Program-made: the position numbers and the translations under genes
Notes under the pieces: model-generated
The model's input: the letters and a program-made list of their open reading frames with translations, nothing else
The model's database searches: none
What the model was told of the DNA's origin: nothing
Shown: positions 39,439 through 49,375 of the stretch, piece by piece
Numbering within the stretch: position 1 is the stretch's first letter
How the letters are laid out: every line of letters begins with the position of its first letter
From: an uncultured Clostridia bacterium
GTDB taxonomy: Bacteria > Bacillota > Clostridia > TANB77 > CAG-508
NCBI GenBank assembly: GCA_944393385.1
Contig: CALYAA010000001.1
Coordinates: 48,221 to 112,220 of the forward strand
Direction: 5' to 3'
DNA: 64,000 bases

Positions 39439-40152
39439 CTACTCAACCACCTCAAACAAACCAAACCCCTGAGAATTCCTATTACCCAAGCCACAGTCAT
39501 ACAAAAAAGACAAATAATCAGGAGAGCCACCCAATATAAAATTACCCTTCCAAGCAGTAATATAAACATTTTTCAAAGAAGTCACAACCTTATCAGAAGA
39601 AGAAACACAAGTAGTAATAATTTCAACATCAGAAAAAGGAGCAGTATTATAATAAGACAAAAACTTTTTACAAAAATTATTATTTATATATTGCTCAAAA
39701 TCTTTATCCTGAGGAGAAAGATAAACAGTTTTATTATCCTCAACTCTTTTAGACAAACAAATAGGAGAATTCATTTTAATATCAATACTATTTTCTCTAA
39801 TAACCCTATTTTCCAATTTCAAACTTACAGGAAAATTTTCAGTTCCAAAAGTAATTCCATTACATTTCAAATATTCATAAACAAGAAAAATAAAATAGCT
39901 ATCAACACTCCTTATTTCCAAAAAAACATTTCCAGTAAAAGTAATCCTTTTATTACTAATTGAATGTTTTCCACATAATGAACTAAAAGTAAAAAGCTTA
40001 AAATTTGATTCATTTTGTCCAACATCATGCAATAATTTTTGATAATGAATATCATTAGACAAAGCAGTATAAATTACGCCTTGTAAAATATGAGAATAAT
40101 TAATAGGTAAAGTCAAATTTCTATTTAAATTTATATAAACTTTTAATTGCAT
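39439..40152 (-). CDS. cas6: CRISPR-associated endoribonuclease Cas6
   Basis: Start MQLKVYINLNRNLTLPINYSHILQGVIY with a GGAGGAG RBS; C-terminal Gly-rich loop GLGNRNSQGFGLFEV; the track's longer ORF starts at a TTG at 40170. Confidence 0.85.
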   Translation of the reverse strand: MQLKVYINLNRNLTLPINYSHILQGVIYTALSNDIHYQKLLHDVGQNESNFKLFTFSSLCGKHSISNKRITFTGNVFLEIRSVDSYFIFLVYEYLKCNGITFGTENFPVSLKLENRVIRENSIDIKMNSPICLSKRVEDNKTVYLSPQDKDFEQYINNNFCKKFLSYYNTAPFSDVEIITTCVSSSDKVVTSLKNVYITAWKGNFILGGSPDYLSFLYDCGLGNRNSQGFGLFEVVE

Positions 40153-40239
40153 AATAATAATCTCCTCCAAAATATTAGTTCAATTATATCACATAAAAAT
40201 AAAAAAACAACAAAAACTATTTAATATTTAAATACATTA

Positions 40240-40248
40240 TGGTATAAT
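40240..40248 (+). promoter_or_regulatory. Extended -10 element (TGgTATAAT) in the divergent cas6 / NTPase intergenic region
   Basis: TGGTATAAT 39 nt upstream of the 40287 start. Confidence 0.4.
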
Positions 40249-40286
40249 TAAACAGACTTAATATAAAAATAAAAGAGGAAAATAAA

Positions 40287-42923
40287 ATGGAAAAATTAAA
40301 TCAAGAAACATATTCAAAACAATTCACAGACAGAGTAGAAGCAAGAGAGCTATTTTGGAAAGAATACCAAAAATTAAGCACTGAAATAAATGAGGGAAAA
40401 ACAGGAACCGACCCCACACAAACCAACCCCAAATTAATTAACTATTATGGAATTGGAGGAATGGGAAAAACCACATTAATAAACCAATTAATAAAAGAAC
40501 TTTCAAAAAATGACAAAGAAAATTTGTCAATATTTATTGATGCCGAAGATTTCAATAATACACTAGATGTTTTATATTCAATCAGAAATATTTTAAATGA
40601 AAACTACAAAATAAAATTCAACAAATTTGATCTAGCACTAATTATCTATTTAAAAAAAGTAGGAAAAAGTCAAGAATCTCCAGAAATAAAAGACATATTA
40701 AATAGTAATCCTATAGCAAAATTAATAGGAGACACAATTTCAAATGTATCTATTCCAATGTTATTAATAAAAAATGGATTAGACAAACTAATAAGTATAG
40801 GCATGAGTCAAAGGTACAAAAAATTTGTTCAAAGTATAGAAATAGAACAATTACCAAATAACATATTAGAAAACTTGCCACAATATCTTGCAGATGACAT
40901 AAATGAATATTTAAAAGGAAAAAACAAAAAAATAATATTCTTCTTCGATACATTCGAAAAATTAGATGAAAGCACAATAGGAAGTACAGCAACATTAAAT
41001 AAAACAAAATGGTTATATAATATTCGTAATACAGGAATAATAAACGAAATAAAAAACAGCATATTTGTAATAGGAAGTAGAGAAAAAATAAATGAAATTC
41101 CGGGAATTAAATATTTTAAACTAGATAAGTTTGATGAAAAATATTCATATGAATATTTAAATAATGCTGGTATTAAAGATATTAATTTATGTAAAGAAAT
41201 ATTTAATAAATATACAAATGGAATGCCATTAATGCTTAGTACATGTGTAGACAGTTATAATATAGAATCACATGAATTATTTGTACAAAATATATCTGAT
41301 AGCAGTCAAGGAATAATAGAAAGACTAATAGGAAGTTTAGACTTAGATAGTCAAGCACTAGTATATTTCTTAAGTTGTGTAAAAAAGTGGAATGATAAAT
41401 TCATTATAAAAAACGCTCCAAAATGTCTAGAAAACTTTTCAAGCTATAGATATGAAAGTATAAAAAAATTATCATTTATAACCAAAGACTTACAAGGAAA
41501 CTACACATTTGACAAAACAATTCGTATGATACTACATAGTGAAAATAATGAATTTGTAAATAATATGAAATACATAATTCAAAAAACAAATAAATTTCTA
41601 ATAGATTACTATAAAGAAATATTAGAAAACAGTAATTCAACAATAACAGAAAAAAATACAGCATTAAACCAATATATAAAAAGAAAAATTTTATTAGAAA
41701 ATAACCCAAAAGAACTAATAAATGACTATAAATTTATCAAAATACATTTAAAAGAACTAGAAGAACTGTTTTTATTTGACGATTTATCAAAACATCTAAA
41801 CAGATTACTTGAAAAATATAATAATATTATAGAAGTTAAAAATTCAATAATAGAAGAACAAATTAATATATTATATTTATCAGGTCAATATAAAGAAGAA
41901 GAATCAAAATCAAAACAATATTTTGACTTAGATCCAAAAAACACAAGAGCAATTGAAAAACTAGCAATTGCATATATGCATAACAGCAAATACAAATTAG
42001 CTAATGAAAAAATTAATGAAGTTTTAAACCAAACAGAAAAAACAGACCTAAAAAATTATATAAGAGTATTAATGGAAGCATCAGAAATCAAATCTCGAAT
42101 GGGTGAATATAATACAGTATTAGAAAATTACATATGGATAAAGAAAAAACTAAATACAATATATGAAAAAAATGATTTATCTAAAAAAGAACTTGAAATA
42201 GAAAGACTTATAGCCAAAACATATTCATATATGGGAGATTATAAAAAAGCAATAGAAAATTATAAAAAAATATTAAATATAAATGGAGATGAAGTTATAC
42301 AATTAGAACAAAATAAAGAAATTTTAACAATTGATGAATTAAATTTTTACAATGATTTAAGTAATACATATTCAAACAATAATGAATTTGAAAAGGCACT
42401 AAAAATAAAAGAAAAACTTTTAGAAATATATACAGAAATATTAGGAGAAAACCACCCTTGGACACTAAATGTAAAAAATGATATAGGAATGATTAAGTCA
42501 CATCAAAAAAACTATGAAGAAGCAATTAAAATCTTAAAAGAAACATATGAAGCAAGAAAACAAGTTTTAGGAGAAGAGCACTTATCTGCAATTGCAACAT
42601 TAAATAATTTAGCAATTGTTAAAGTATTTTATGCAGATGGCTTAACAGATGAGCTTAAGAAAAAAGAAATATATACAGATTCTTTGTTACAACTTGAAAC
42701 TGTATACAAAATAAGAAAAAATAATTTAGGTGAAAACCATCCAAGTACATTAAGAACATTATTTAATATTTCAAAAAATTTAAAAGAACTTGGAAGAAAG
42801 CAAGAAGCATTACAAATAGCACAAAAACTTTACGAAACCAGAAAAAGTACTTTGGGAGAAGAAAATCAAGAAATAGTAAAAACAAAACAATTAATTGACG
42901 AAATTAATTCTTTAAATGCCTAA
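40287..42923 (+). CDS. STAND/NB-ARC-like P-loop NTPase with a C-terminal TPR array
   Basis: Walker A GIGGMGKTT (40450-40476), Walker B-like IIFFFDTFEKLDE, and a C-terminal about 350 aa of TPR-like repeats (NHPWTLNVKNDIGMI, EEHLSAIATLNNLAIV, ENHPSTLRTLFNISK). Confidence 0.75.
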   Translation: MEKLNQETYSKQFTDRVEARELFWKEYQKLSTEINEGKTGTDPTQTNPKLINYYGIGGMGKTTLINQLIKELSKNDKENLSIFIDAEDFNNTLDVLYSIRNILNENYKIKFNKFDLALIIYLKKVGKSQESPEIKDILNSNPIAKLIGDTISNVSIPMLLIKNGLDKLISIGMSQRYKKFVQSIEIEQLPNNILENLPQYLADDINEYLKGKNKKIIFFFDTFEKLDESTIGSTATLNKTKWLYNIRNTGIINEIKNSIFVIGSREKINEIPGIKYFKLDKFDEKYSYEYLNNAGIKDINLCKEIFNKYTNGMPLMLSTCVDSYNIESHELFVQNISDSSQGIIERLIGSLDLDSQALVYFLSCVKKWNDKFIIKNAPKCLENFSSYRYESIKKLSFITKDLQGNYTFDKTIRMILHSENNEFVNNMKYIIQKTNKFLIDYYKEILENSNSTITEKNTALNQYIKRKILLENNPKELINDYKFIKIHLKELEELFLFDDLSKHLNRLLEKYNNIIEVKNSIIEEQINILYLSGQYKEEESKSKQYFDLDPKNTRAIEKLAIAYMHNSKYKLANEKINEVLNQTEKTDLKNYIRVLMEASEIKSRMGEYNTVLENYIWIKKKLNTIYEKNDLSKKELEIERLIAKTYSYMGDYKKAIENYKKILNINGDEVIQLEQNKEILTIDELNFYNDLSNTYSNNNEFEKALKIKEKLLEIYTEILGENHPWTLNVKNDIGMIKSHQKNYEEAIKILKETYEARKQVLGEEHLSAIATLNNLAIVKVFYADGLTDELKKKEIYTDSLLQLETVYKIRKNNLGENHPSTLRTLFNISKNLKELGRKQEALQIAQKLYETRKSTLGEENQEIVKTKQLIDEINSLNA

Positions 42924-42950
42924 AATCTGGTATAAGAAAGGAAACAAAAT

Positions 42951-43907
42951 ATGACAGAAATAGAACAAAAAATTCTTAACACAAAAGAAAGTAAAATAGT
43001 ATTAACAGAAAATATAGAAGAAGCAGATTTAATAACACATAATGGAACATTTCATTCTGATGAAGTTTTTAGTACAGTATTACTTTCCAATGTTCTGAAA
43101 AAAGATATATTAAAACTATGTAGAACTTCAAATATAAAAGAAGGTATAACTGGATTTGTATATGATGTAGGCTATGGAAAATATGATCACCATCAACCAG
43201 GGGGAAATGGAGAAAGAAAAAACGGAATAAAATATTCTTCATTTGGATTAGTATGGAGGGATTTTGGAAAAGACTACTTAAAACAACTAAATTGCTTACA
43301 AATTGAAGAAGTATGGTCTATGGTAGACAAAAAATTAGTACAAAATATAGATGCAATAGATAATGGTCAACTTGGGAAATTGACACAATTTGATTTTGAA
43401 GTAGTAACACTACCAAATTTAATTTCAATGTATAATTCTAATTGGGATGATGAACAAGCAAATCAAAATGAAATGTTTTTAAAAGCTGTGCAATTTGCAC
43501 AAACAGTTTTTGATAGATTTATAATAAGTGTAGTATCAAAAATTAGAGCAAAATCTAGAGTAGAAGATGCAATAGAAAATTCTAAAAATCAAATTTTAAT
43601 ATTAGAAAAATTTATGCCATGGAAAGAATTTCTATTAGATTCTGAAAATGAAAAGGCAAAAAATATTTTATTTGTAGTGTTCCCGTCAAATAGAGGTGGA
43701 TATAATGTATATGCTGTTCCAAAAGAAAATGGAAGTTTTGAATCTAGAAAATTATTTCCAGCAAAATGGGCAGGTTTAAAAGATGAAGAACTTTCAAAAA
43801 TTTCCGGGGTTGCAACAGCAACATTTTGCCATACAGGAAGATTTATATGTGCAACCAGAACAAAAGAAGATGCAATTAAAATTGCAAGAATAGCAGTAGA
43901 AGCATGA
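42951..43907 (+). CDS. MYG1/UPF0160-family metal-dependent hydrolase (predicted 3'-5' exonuclease or phosphodiesterase)
   Basis: Signature ITHNGTFHSDEVFS (43038-43064) and DHHQ; 318 aa. Confidence 0.7.
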   Translation: MTEIEQKILNTKESKIVLTENIEEADLITHNGTFHSDEVFSTVLLSNVLKKDILKLCRTSNIKEGITGFVYDVGYGKYDHHQPGGNGERKNGIKYSSFGLVWRDFGKDYLKQLNCLQIEEVWSMVDKKLVQNIDAIDNGQLGKLTQFDFEVVTLPNLISMYNSNWDDEQANQNEMFLKAVQFAQTVFDRFIISVVSKIRAKSRVEDAIENSKNQILILEKFMPWKEFLLDSENEKAKNILFVVFPSNRGGYNVYAVPKENGSFESRKLFPAKWAGLKDEELSKISGVATATFCHTGRFICATRTKEDAIKIARIAVEA

Positions 43908-43921
43908 AAGGAAAAATAAAA

Positions 43922-45700
43922 ATGAATAAAAGATATCTAATAACTGGAGTAAGCGGGGTAGATCCATATACAAATATATATTTAGTACCACAAATAATTA
44001 CAGAAAAAATAATAGATGATGGAAGTAAAATAGAAATAAAGTACAAAAATAATAAAGATACTAAAATTCCACAAGAAGTAAAATTAGATGAAATTTTTAT
44101 AGATGGTTCAATGCTTAACATATTAAGAAAATATATAAAAAATGGTAATCCAATTACAGATATATATATTTATTTAACACAAGAAATGAAAAAAAGAACA
44201 CAAATTTATGAAACATCAATAAAAAATCTATATGAAAGTAATGGTATTAATAATTTTAATATAGTATTTTACCCAAATGATTTTTATGAAGAGTGTGAAG
44301 AAAGATTTAGAGCAGATGATGTGCAAAAATTTGCATCATATTACAAGGAAATTTATGAAATATATTCTAAAATTATAAAACAAGGTAATTCAGATGAGAT
44401 AATACTTAATATTTCATCTGGAACACCAGCATTTAAAGCAGATATGATGATTATGGCAGTTACAAACAATTTGAAAATTGAGCAAACAGCAAATTCTATT
44501 GAAAGTAAAGATTTAAAAAATTATGTTATGCAAAAAGAAAAAGTACTATATGATGATATTAAGCAAAAATTAGAAGATGCTAAATTAAATTATAAAGATG
44601 CAAAAACAAAAATACAAATTGAATCAAGACAGATAAAAGATTTTCAATTAGACAAAATTAATGAACAATTAGATTTTTTAAATGAAACAGAAAATTCCTT
44701 AGAAACAAGAACTTCAAGAGAAAGTATAGATGAAATAAAAAAGATAATATTGCTTGAAAGCATTGAAGATAGTATACAGAAAAAGGATTATTGTGGTATT
44801 TACTACAATTTAATAAGCAATGAACAATATTTAAAAAATAATAAACAAGAATTATTAGAAATAGCAGGAAATTTATATTATAGATATATTGGTAATGACG
44901 AAAAAGCAAAAAAAAGTATTCAAAATAATGAACAAAATAATTTAGAAAATTATTATCCAATTTATAAAGCAAATTCAATAAAAAATTGTACTGATGATGT
45001 TAAAGAAGATATAAATGCTATTATAGAAAAAAGTAATATTATGAAAATAAAATCTCAAAGAGAAGAAATAAATGATTGGTTACTTATTAGTACACCATTA
45101 ATAGAAGCAATTTCAAGTTTAATAGTAACTCAAAAAACTAAATTTGATTTTGAAAATATAATAAGTAAATCTAATAATAAAACAACAATTTCATTAAACT
45201 TATTTAATAAAACAGCACCAAAAGAAATAAAAGAAAGGTATGAAAAAGTTGTAAAAGAGAGTGATAATAATTTCTTAAATGCGTATTTCTATAAAAATAT
45301 AATTTTTCAAATGTTAAAAACAACTGATAAACAAGAAGAAAAAGACAATATAAACAAAATACTTGATTATATTTATATAGTAGATTTAGCAAGAACAGAA
45401 AGAGTATCTGCAGCACATAGTATTCAAAATATTAGCAAAAATGAATTTGAAAGATTATATAAAGATAAACTATTAAAACACAGTAGATATTATAGCTTAA
45501 AAAACATCACTCAAAATTATATAAACAAACAAGCAAACCAAAGCATAAAATGTGTTGAAAGAGCTGTAAAAGAATTAATTGCTAATATTTTACCAGATAA
45601 TAGTGAAGAAACAATCAAATGTTTTGAAGAAAGTATAAATATATATAATACACTAGAACAAAAAATTATTAAACTTTTAAAAGATGAAATATATAATTAA
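43922..45700 (+). CDS. CARF-HEPN protein (Csm6/Csx1-like)
   Basis: N-terminal CARF-like motifs RYLITGVSGVDP and LNISSGTPAFKADMMIMA; C-terminal HEPN-like R-X4-H (RVSAAH at 45401-45418); the track ORF begins 18 nt earlier. Confidence 0.65.
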   Translation: MNKRYLITGVSGVDPYTNIYLVPQIITEKIIDDGSKIEIKYKNNKDTKIPQEVKLDEIFIDGSMLNILRKYIKNGNPITDIYIYLTQEMKKRTQIYETSIKNLYESNGINNFNIVFYPNDFYEECEERFRADDVQKFASYYKEIYEIYSKIIKQGNSDEIILNISSGTPAFKADMMIMAVTNNLKIEQTANSIESKDLKNYVMQKEKVLYDDIKQKLEDAKLNYKDAKTKIQIESRQIKDFQLDKINEQLDFLNETENSLETRTSRESIDEIKKIILLESIEDSIQKKDYCGIYYNLISNEQYLKNNKQELLEIAGNLYYRYIGNDEKAKKSIQNNEQNNLENYYPIYKANSIKNCTDDVKEDINAIIEKSNIMKIKSQREEINDWLLISTPLIEAISSLIVTQKTKFDFENIISKSNNKTTISLNLFNKTAPKEIKERYEKVVKESDNNFLNAYFYKNIIFQMLKTTDKQEEKDNINKILDYIYIVDLARTERVSAAHSIQNISKNEFERLYKDKLLKHSRYYSLKNITQNYINKQANQSIKCVERAVKELIANILPDNSEETIKCFEESINIYNTLEQKIIKLLKDEIYN

Positions 45701-45719
45701 AAGAAAGAGAGGATTATAA

Positions 45720-47255
45720 ATGGAAGATAATAAACCATATATTGCAATTTATGATGTAAGAGGAATTCAAAATTACATATTCAGGACAAATGCTGTAAAA
45801 GAGATAATTGGTGCTTCTAAAATAGTTGACAAACTTATTATAAATGAATTTGCATATGCTACAAATAAAATTAAAACTGAGAAAGAAATTAAAGAAGATG
45901 AAATTGTATTAGATTGGGATAAACAAAAAGAGTATCTATTTGATACAAACTCAAATATAAAAATTGAAGTTTTATATTATGGAGGAGGAAATTTAGTAGT
46001 ATTATTTAGAAATGAGGAATTGTGCAAAACTATAAGTATAGAAATGGCAAAAAACATTATAAAAAATGCATATGGACTATCTTTGGTATATGCATATACA
46101 GAAAAAACACAAGATTATAATGATGATTGGGTAAAATTAAAGCAAAAATTGTCAGAAATAAAGGCTGTAACCTCACTAAATAAACCTGCTGGAATACTTC
46201 CAATAGTTAGATATGATGGTGTAACAGGAAAACCTTTATCAAAAAAATATGATGGTAAAATGGTTATTTATGAGGCATATCAAAAACTAAAAAAAGCAGA
46301 AGAAGTGGCTACAGAAAAAAGTGAATATATAAAAGAATTTGACAAAATGAGAACATCTAATGAAGAAGGTTTAATTGCAATTGTACATATTGATGGTAAT
46401 AGCATGGGTGCAAATATAAGAGAAATAATGAAAGATACAAATACATATCAAGAGGCAGTATGCAAAATGAGAGAAATCTCAAGAAATATTCATGAAGTTT
46501 TTGAAGTAAAAGCTATAAATAGTGTAAAAGAAAAAATAAATTATATATGTAAAAAACATGATATAGAAATAAAAAATAATGAATTACCATTTAGACCAAT
46601 TATACAGGCTGGTGATGATATTACATTTGTATGTAATGAGAGAATTGCATTAGATATTGTAAAAGAATATATAAATTCAATAAAAAAAGGTTTTATGTAT
46701 GAGCAAAAATATGAATTTAGTGCTTGTGCTGGAATTGCTATTGTACATAGTCATTTCCCATTTTATAAAGGATATCAAATTGCAGAACAATGTTGTGCAA
46801 TTGCAAAAATAAGAGCCAAAAATGAGGGAATGGTAAATGGTAAAATTGGCAACTTTGTGGATTTTGAATATTGCTATTCTGGTAATACAGTGGAATTAGA
46901 GGATTCTAGAAAAAGAAATTATTGCAATATAGAGGGAATTAATTTATTAAAAAGACCTTATGGAATTTATAATGAAGATGAAGTTTTAAATGAGACTCAA
47001 AAAAATTTTGATTTAAAAGTTTTTGAAGAAGATATGCAAATGTTAAAAGGTATTTCTAGAGGAACGGCAAAAGCTTTTAGAGATGTTTATTATAAAGAAA
47101 TTGCAATAGTTAATACATTATTTAAAAGACAAGAAATAAAAAATGGAATATCTTATAAAAATCCTTTTAAAGAGGTTAATGGCAAAAAATATGCAGAATA
47201 TTTTGATTGCTTAGAAATGTTAGATATATTTGGTGTAAAGGAGGAAGAAAAATAG
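45720..47255 (+). CDS. Minimal Cas10-like cyclase/polymerase palm-domain protein (no HD domain)
   Basis: IAIYDVRGIQNYIF and YYGGGNLVVLF (Cas10 palm-1-like); VHIDGNSMGANI and QAGDDITFV (palm-2 with GGDD-like AGDD at 46621-46629); 511 aa. Confidence 0.65.
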   Translation: MEDNKPYIAIYDVRGIQNYIFRTNAVKEIIGASKIVDKLIINEFAYATNKIKTEKEIKEDEIVLDWDKQKEYLFDTNSNIKIEVLYYGGGNLVVLFRNEELCKTISIEMAKNIIKNAYGLSLVYAYTEKTQDYNDDWVKLKQKLSEIKAVTSLNKPAGILPIVRYDGVTGKPLSKKYDGKMVIYEAYQKLKKAEEVATEKSEYIKEFDKMRTSNEEGLIAIVHIDGNSMGANIREIMKDTNTYQEAVCKMREISRNIHEVFEVKAINSVKEKINYICKKHDIEIKNNELPFRPIIQAGDDITFVCNERIALDIVKEYINSIKKGFMYEQKYEFSACAGIAIVHSHFPFYKGYQIAEQCCAIAKIRAKNEGMVNGKIGNFVDFEYCYSGNTVELEDSRKRNYCNIEGINLLKRPYGIYNEDEVLNETQKNFDLKVFEEDMQMLKGISRGTAKAFRDVYYKEIAIVNTLFKRQEIKNGISYKNPFKEVNGKKYAEYFDCLEMLDIFGVKEEEK

Positions 47256-49375
47256 TGAAAAAGAAATTACAAATAAAATTAAAAAGTGATTTATGTGCTG
47301 GATCAGGTGAAAGCTTAGGGAGTTTAATTGATACTGATATTTGTTATGATTGTTTTGGACTAGCATATATTCCTTCTAAAAGACTAAAAGGTTTATTAAA
47401 AGAAGCATTTATAGAATATTCTGATTGGGCAAAAAATGAAAATAATACAGAACTTTTTGATAAAATTAATAAAAACTTATTTGGAGTTGAAAATTCAAAT
47501 AATTCTAGTAATTTAAAAATAGATAATGCATATTTGGAAAATACAGATTTAATTGAAAATGAAATTCAAAATGTTGAAAATAGATATAAAAAATATTTAA
47601 CCAAACAAAGAATAATAAATTTAAATACAGATATAAGATATCAAACAGCTGTTGTAATTGAAAGTGGTGTTGCAAAAGAAAATTCTTTAAGAAATATAAG
47701 AATTATAGAAGCAGGAAATATTTTTGAGGCTATTCTAGAATGTGATACTGAAGAAGAATCACAAATATTAGAAAAATGTGTTAAATTAGTAACACATATG
47801 GGAAATAATAGAACAAGAGGATTTGGTGAAATAGAATGTAAGCTTTTGGATATGGAAGAGGAAAATCAGGAATATGTAACACATAAATTCGAACCAGAAA
47901 AAGAATATGAGATTAAATTAATTCTAAAAGCTGAATCAAATATAATGGTATCAAAACAGTTTTCTGAAATTACTGAAAATTATATTCCTGGAAGTAATAT
48001 AATGGGTAGTTTTGCATCTAAATACATAAAAGATAATGATATAAATGATTTTGAAAATTTAACAGATGAATATATTAATTTATTTTTAAATGGAAATGTA
48101 AAATATTCAAATGCATATATTACAGAAAAAGATGGATATGTTCAATATTATCCTGCTCCATTAAGCTATTCAAAAGTTAAAAATAAAAGCAAAGTTTATC
48201 ATAATAAAATGTTTGACGTTAATGAAACTGATATACAACTTTCTAATTTTGGAGATAAATTTGTTACATTAGATGAAAACAATTATGTTAAAGAGGTAGA
48301 TACAATAGAACATTATCATCATCAAAGAGCAAAAGATTTATCAATAGGACATGTTTCAACAGGAAATGATGGAGGAACATTTTATCAATTTTTAAGTATA
48401 GAAAAAGGTCAATATTTTATGACCAGTATTAATGGAAAAGGTAAATATTTAGATAAATTAAGTAAATATTTAAAAGAAAATGAAATCTTAAGAGTTGGCA
48501 AATCTAAAACAGCTGAATATGGAAAACTAAAAATAACAAATATAAAAATTTCTGAAGATATAGAAAAAAGAAAAAAATATAATAAATTTGCAGTTATTTT
48601 AACTTCAGCTCTAATTTTATTAGATGAAGAAAATGTTCAAATTGCAAAAGATAAAGAAACACTTATAAAAACATTAAAAAATTTATTTAAAAACGAAAAT
48701 TTAAAAGATGTTAAATCATTTATAGGTTACACAGAAGAATCAGGATTTAATGCTATTTGGAATTTACCAAAAGAGCAAGTGGTTTCGTATTCGGCAGGGA
48801 CAACTATAGTTTTTGAATCATCAGAATCAATTGAATTAAAAGAAAAGTATATAATTGGAGAAAGAACAAATGAAGGATATGGACAACTAATTGTTTATTC
48901 TTTAGATGAAAAAAATGATTCTACATTAAAATTAAATGAATATAAACAAAACGAAAAAGAAATAGAATATAGTAAATTAAACAAAGAAACAAGAAAATTA
49001 CTTAATAAATCCATAAAAAAGGTAATTAATGAAGAAATATTAGAAAATGCTTTTAATACAGTTACATCAAATTATAATAAAGTAAATATAAATAATACAA
49101 CAATAGGAAGAATTTTATTAATGTTAAAAGAATCAAAAAATTATGCTGACTTTGATGAAAATGTAAATGGAATAAAAGATGTAAAAAAATTAGATAATGT
49201 TATAAAAATAATAGAAAATAAAGATAGAATATATTCTTTACAAGCATATAAAGATTATGAAGACGGATTAAAAAGTATTACAGGAGTAATACAAGAATCA
49301 GAAAAAGAAAAATTTATATTAGAATATATAAAACAATTTTTTACAATTTTAAAGATAATGGGAGGTAAAGAATAA
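47255..49375 (+). CDS. Large RAMP protein (Cas5/Csx10- or Cas7-like) with a C-terminal helical extension
   Basis: GTG start after an AAGGAGG RBS (the track ORF starts 48 nt earlier); N-terminal LCAGSG...YIPSKRLKGLLKEAF RAMP G-motif; Gly-rich loop NEGYGQL; the last about 150 aa are helical. Confidence 0.65.
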   Translation: MKKKLQIKLKSDLCAGSGESLGSLIDTDICYDCFGLAYIPSKRLKGLLKEAFIEYSDWAKNENNTELFDKINKNLFGVENSNNSSNLKIDNAYLENTDLIENEIQNVENRYKKYLTKQRIINLNTDIRYQTAVVIESGVAKENSLRNIRIIEAGNIFEAILECDTEEESQILEKCVKLVTHMGNNRTRGFGEIECKLLDMEEENQEYVTHKFEPEKEYEIKLILKAESNIMVSKQFSEITENYIPGSNIMGSFASKYIKDNDINDFENLTDEYINLFLNGNVKYSNAYITEKDGYVQYYPAPLSYSKVKNKSKVYHNKMFDVNETDIQLSNFGDKFVTLDENNYVKEVDTIEHYHHQRAKDLSIGHVSTGNDGGTFYQFLSIEKGQYFMTSINGKGKYLDKLSKYLKENEILRVGKSKTAEYGKLKITNIKISEDIEKRKKYNKFAVILTSALILLDEENVQIAKDKETLIKTLKNLFKNENLKDVKSFIGYTEESGFNAIWNLPKEQVVSYSAGTTIVFESSESIELKEKYIIGERTNEGYGQLIVYSLDEKNDSTLKLNEYKQNEKEIEYSKLNKETRKLLNKSIKKVINEEILENAFNTVTSNYNKVNINNTTIGRILLMLKESKNYADFDENVNGIKDVKKLDNVIKIIENKDRIYSLQAYKDYEDGLKSITGVIQESEKEKFILEYIKQFFTILKIMGGKE

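Noticed and set aside
39691-39963. 90-aa plus-strand ORF antisense to cas6
   Set aside because: It is an antisense artifact, and cas6 on the minus strand has clear motifs.
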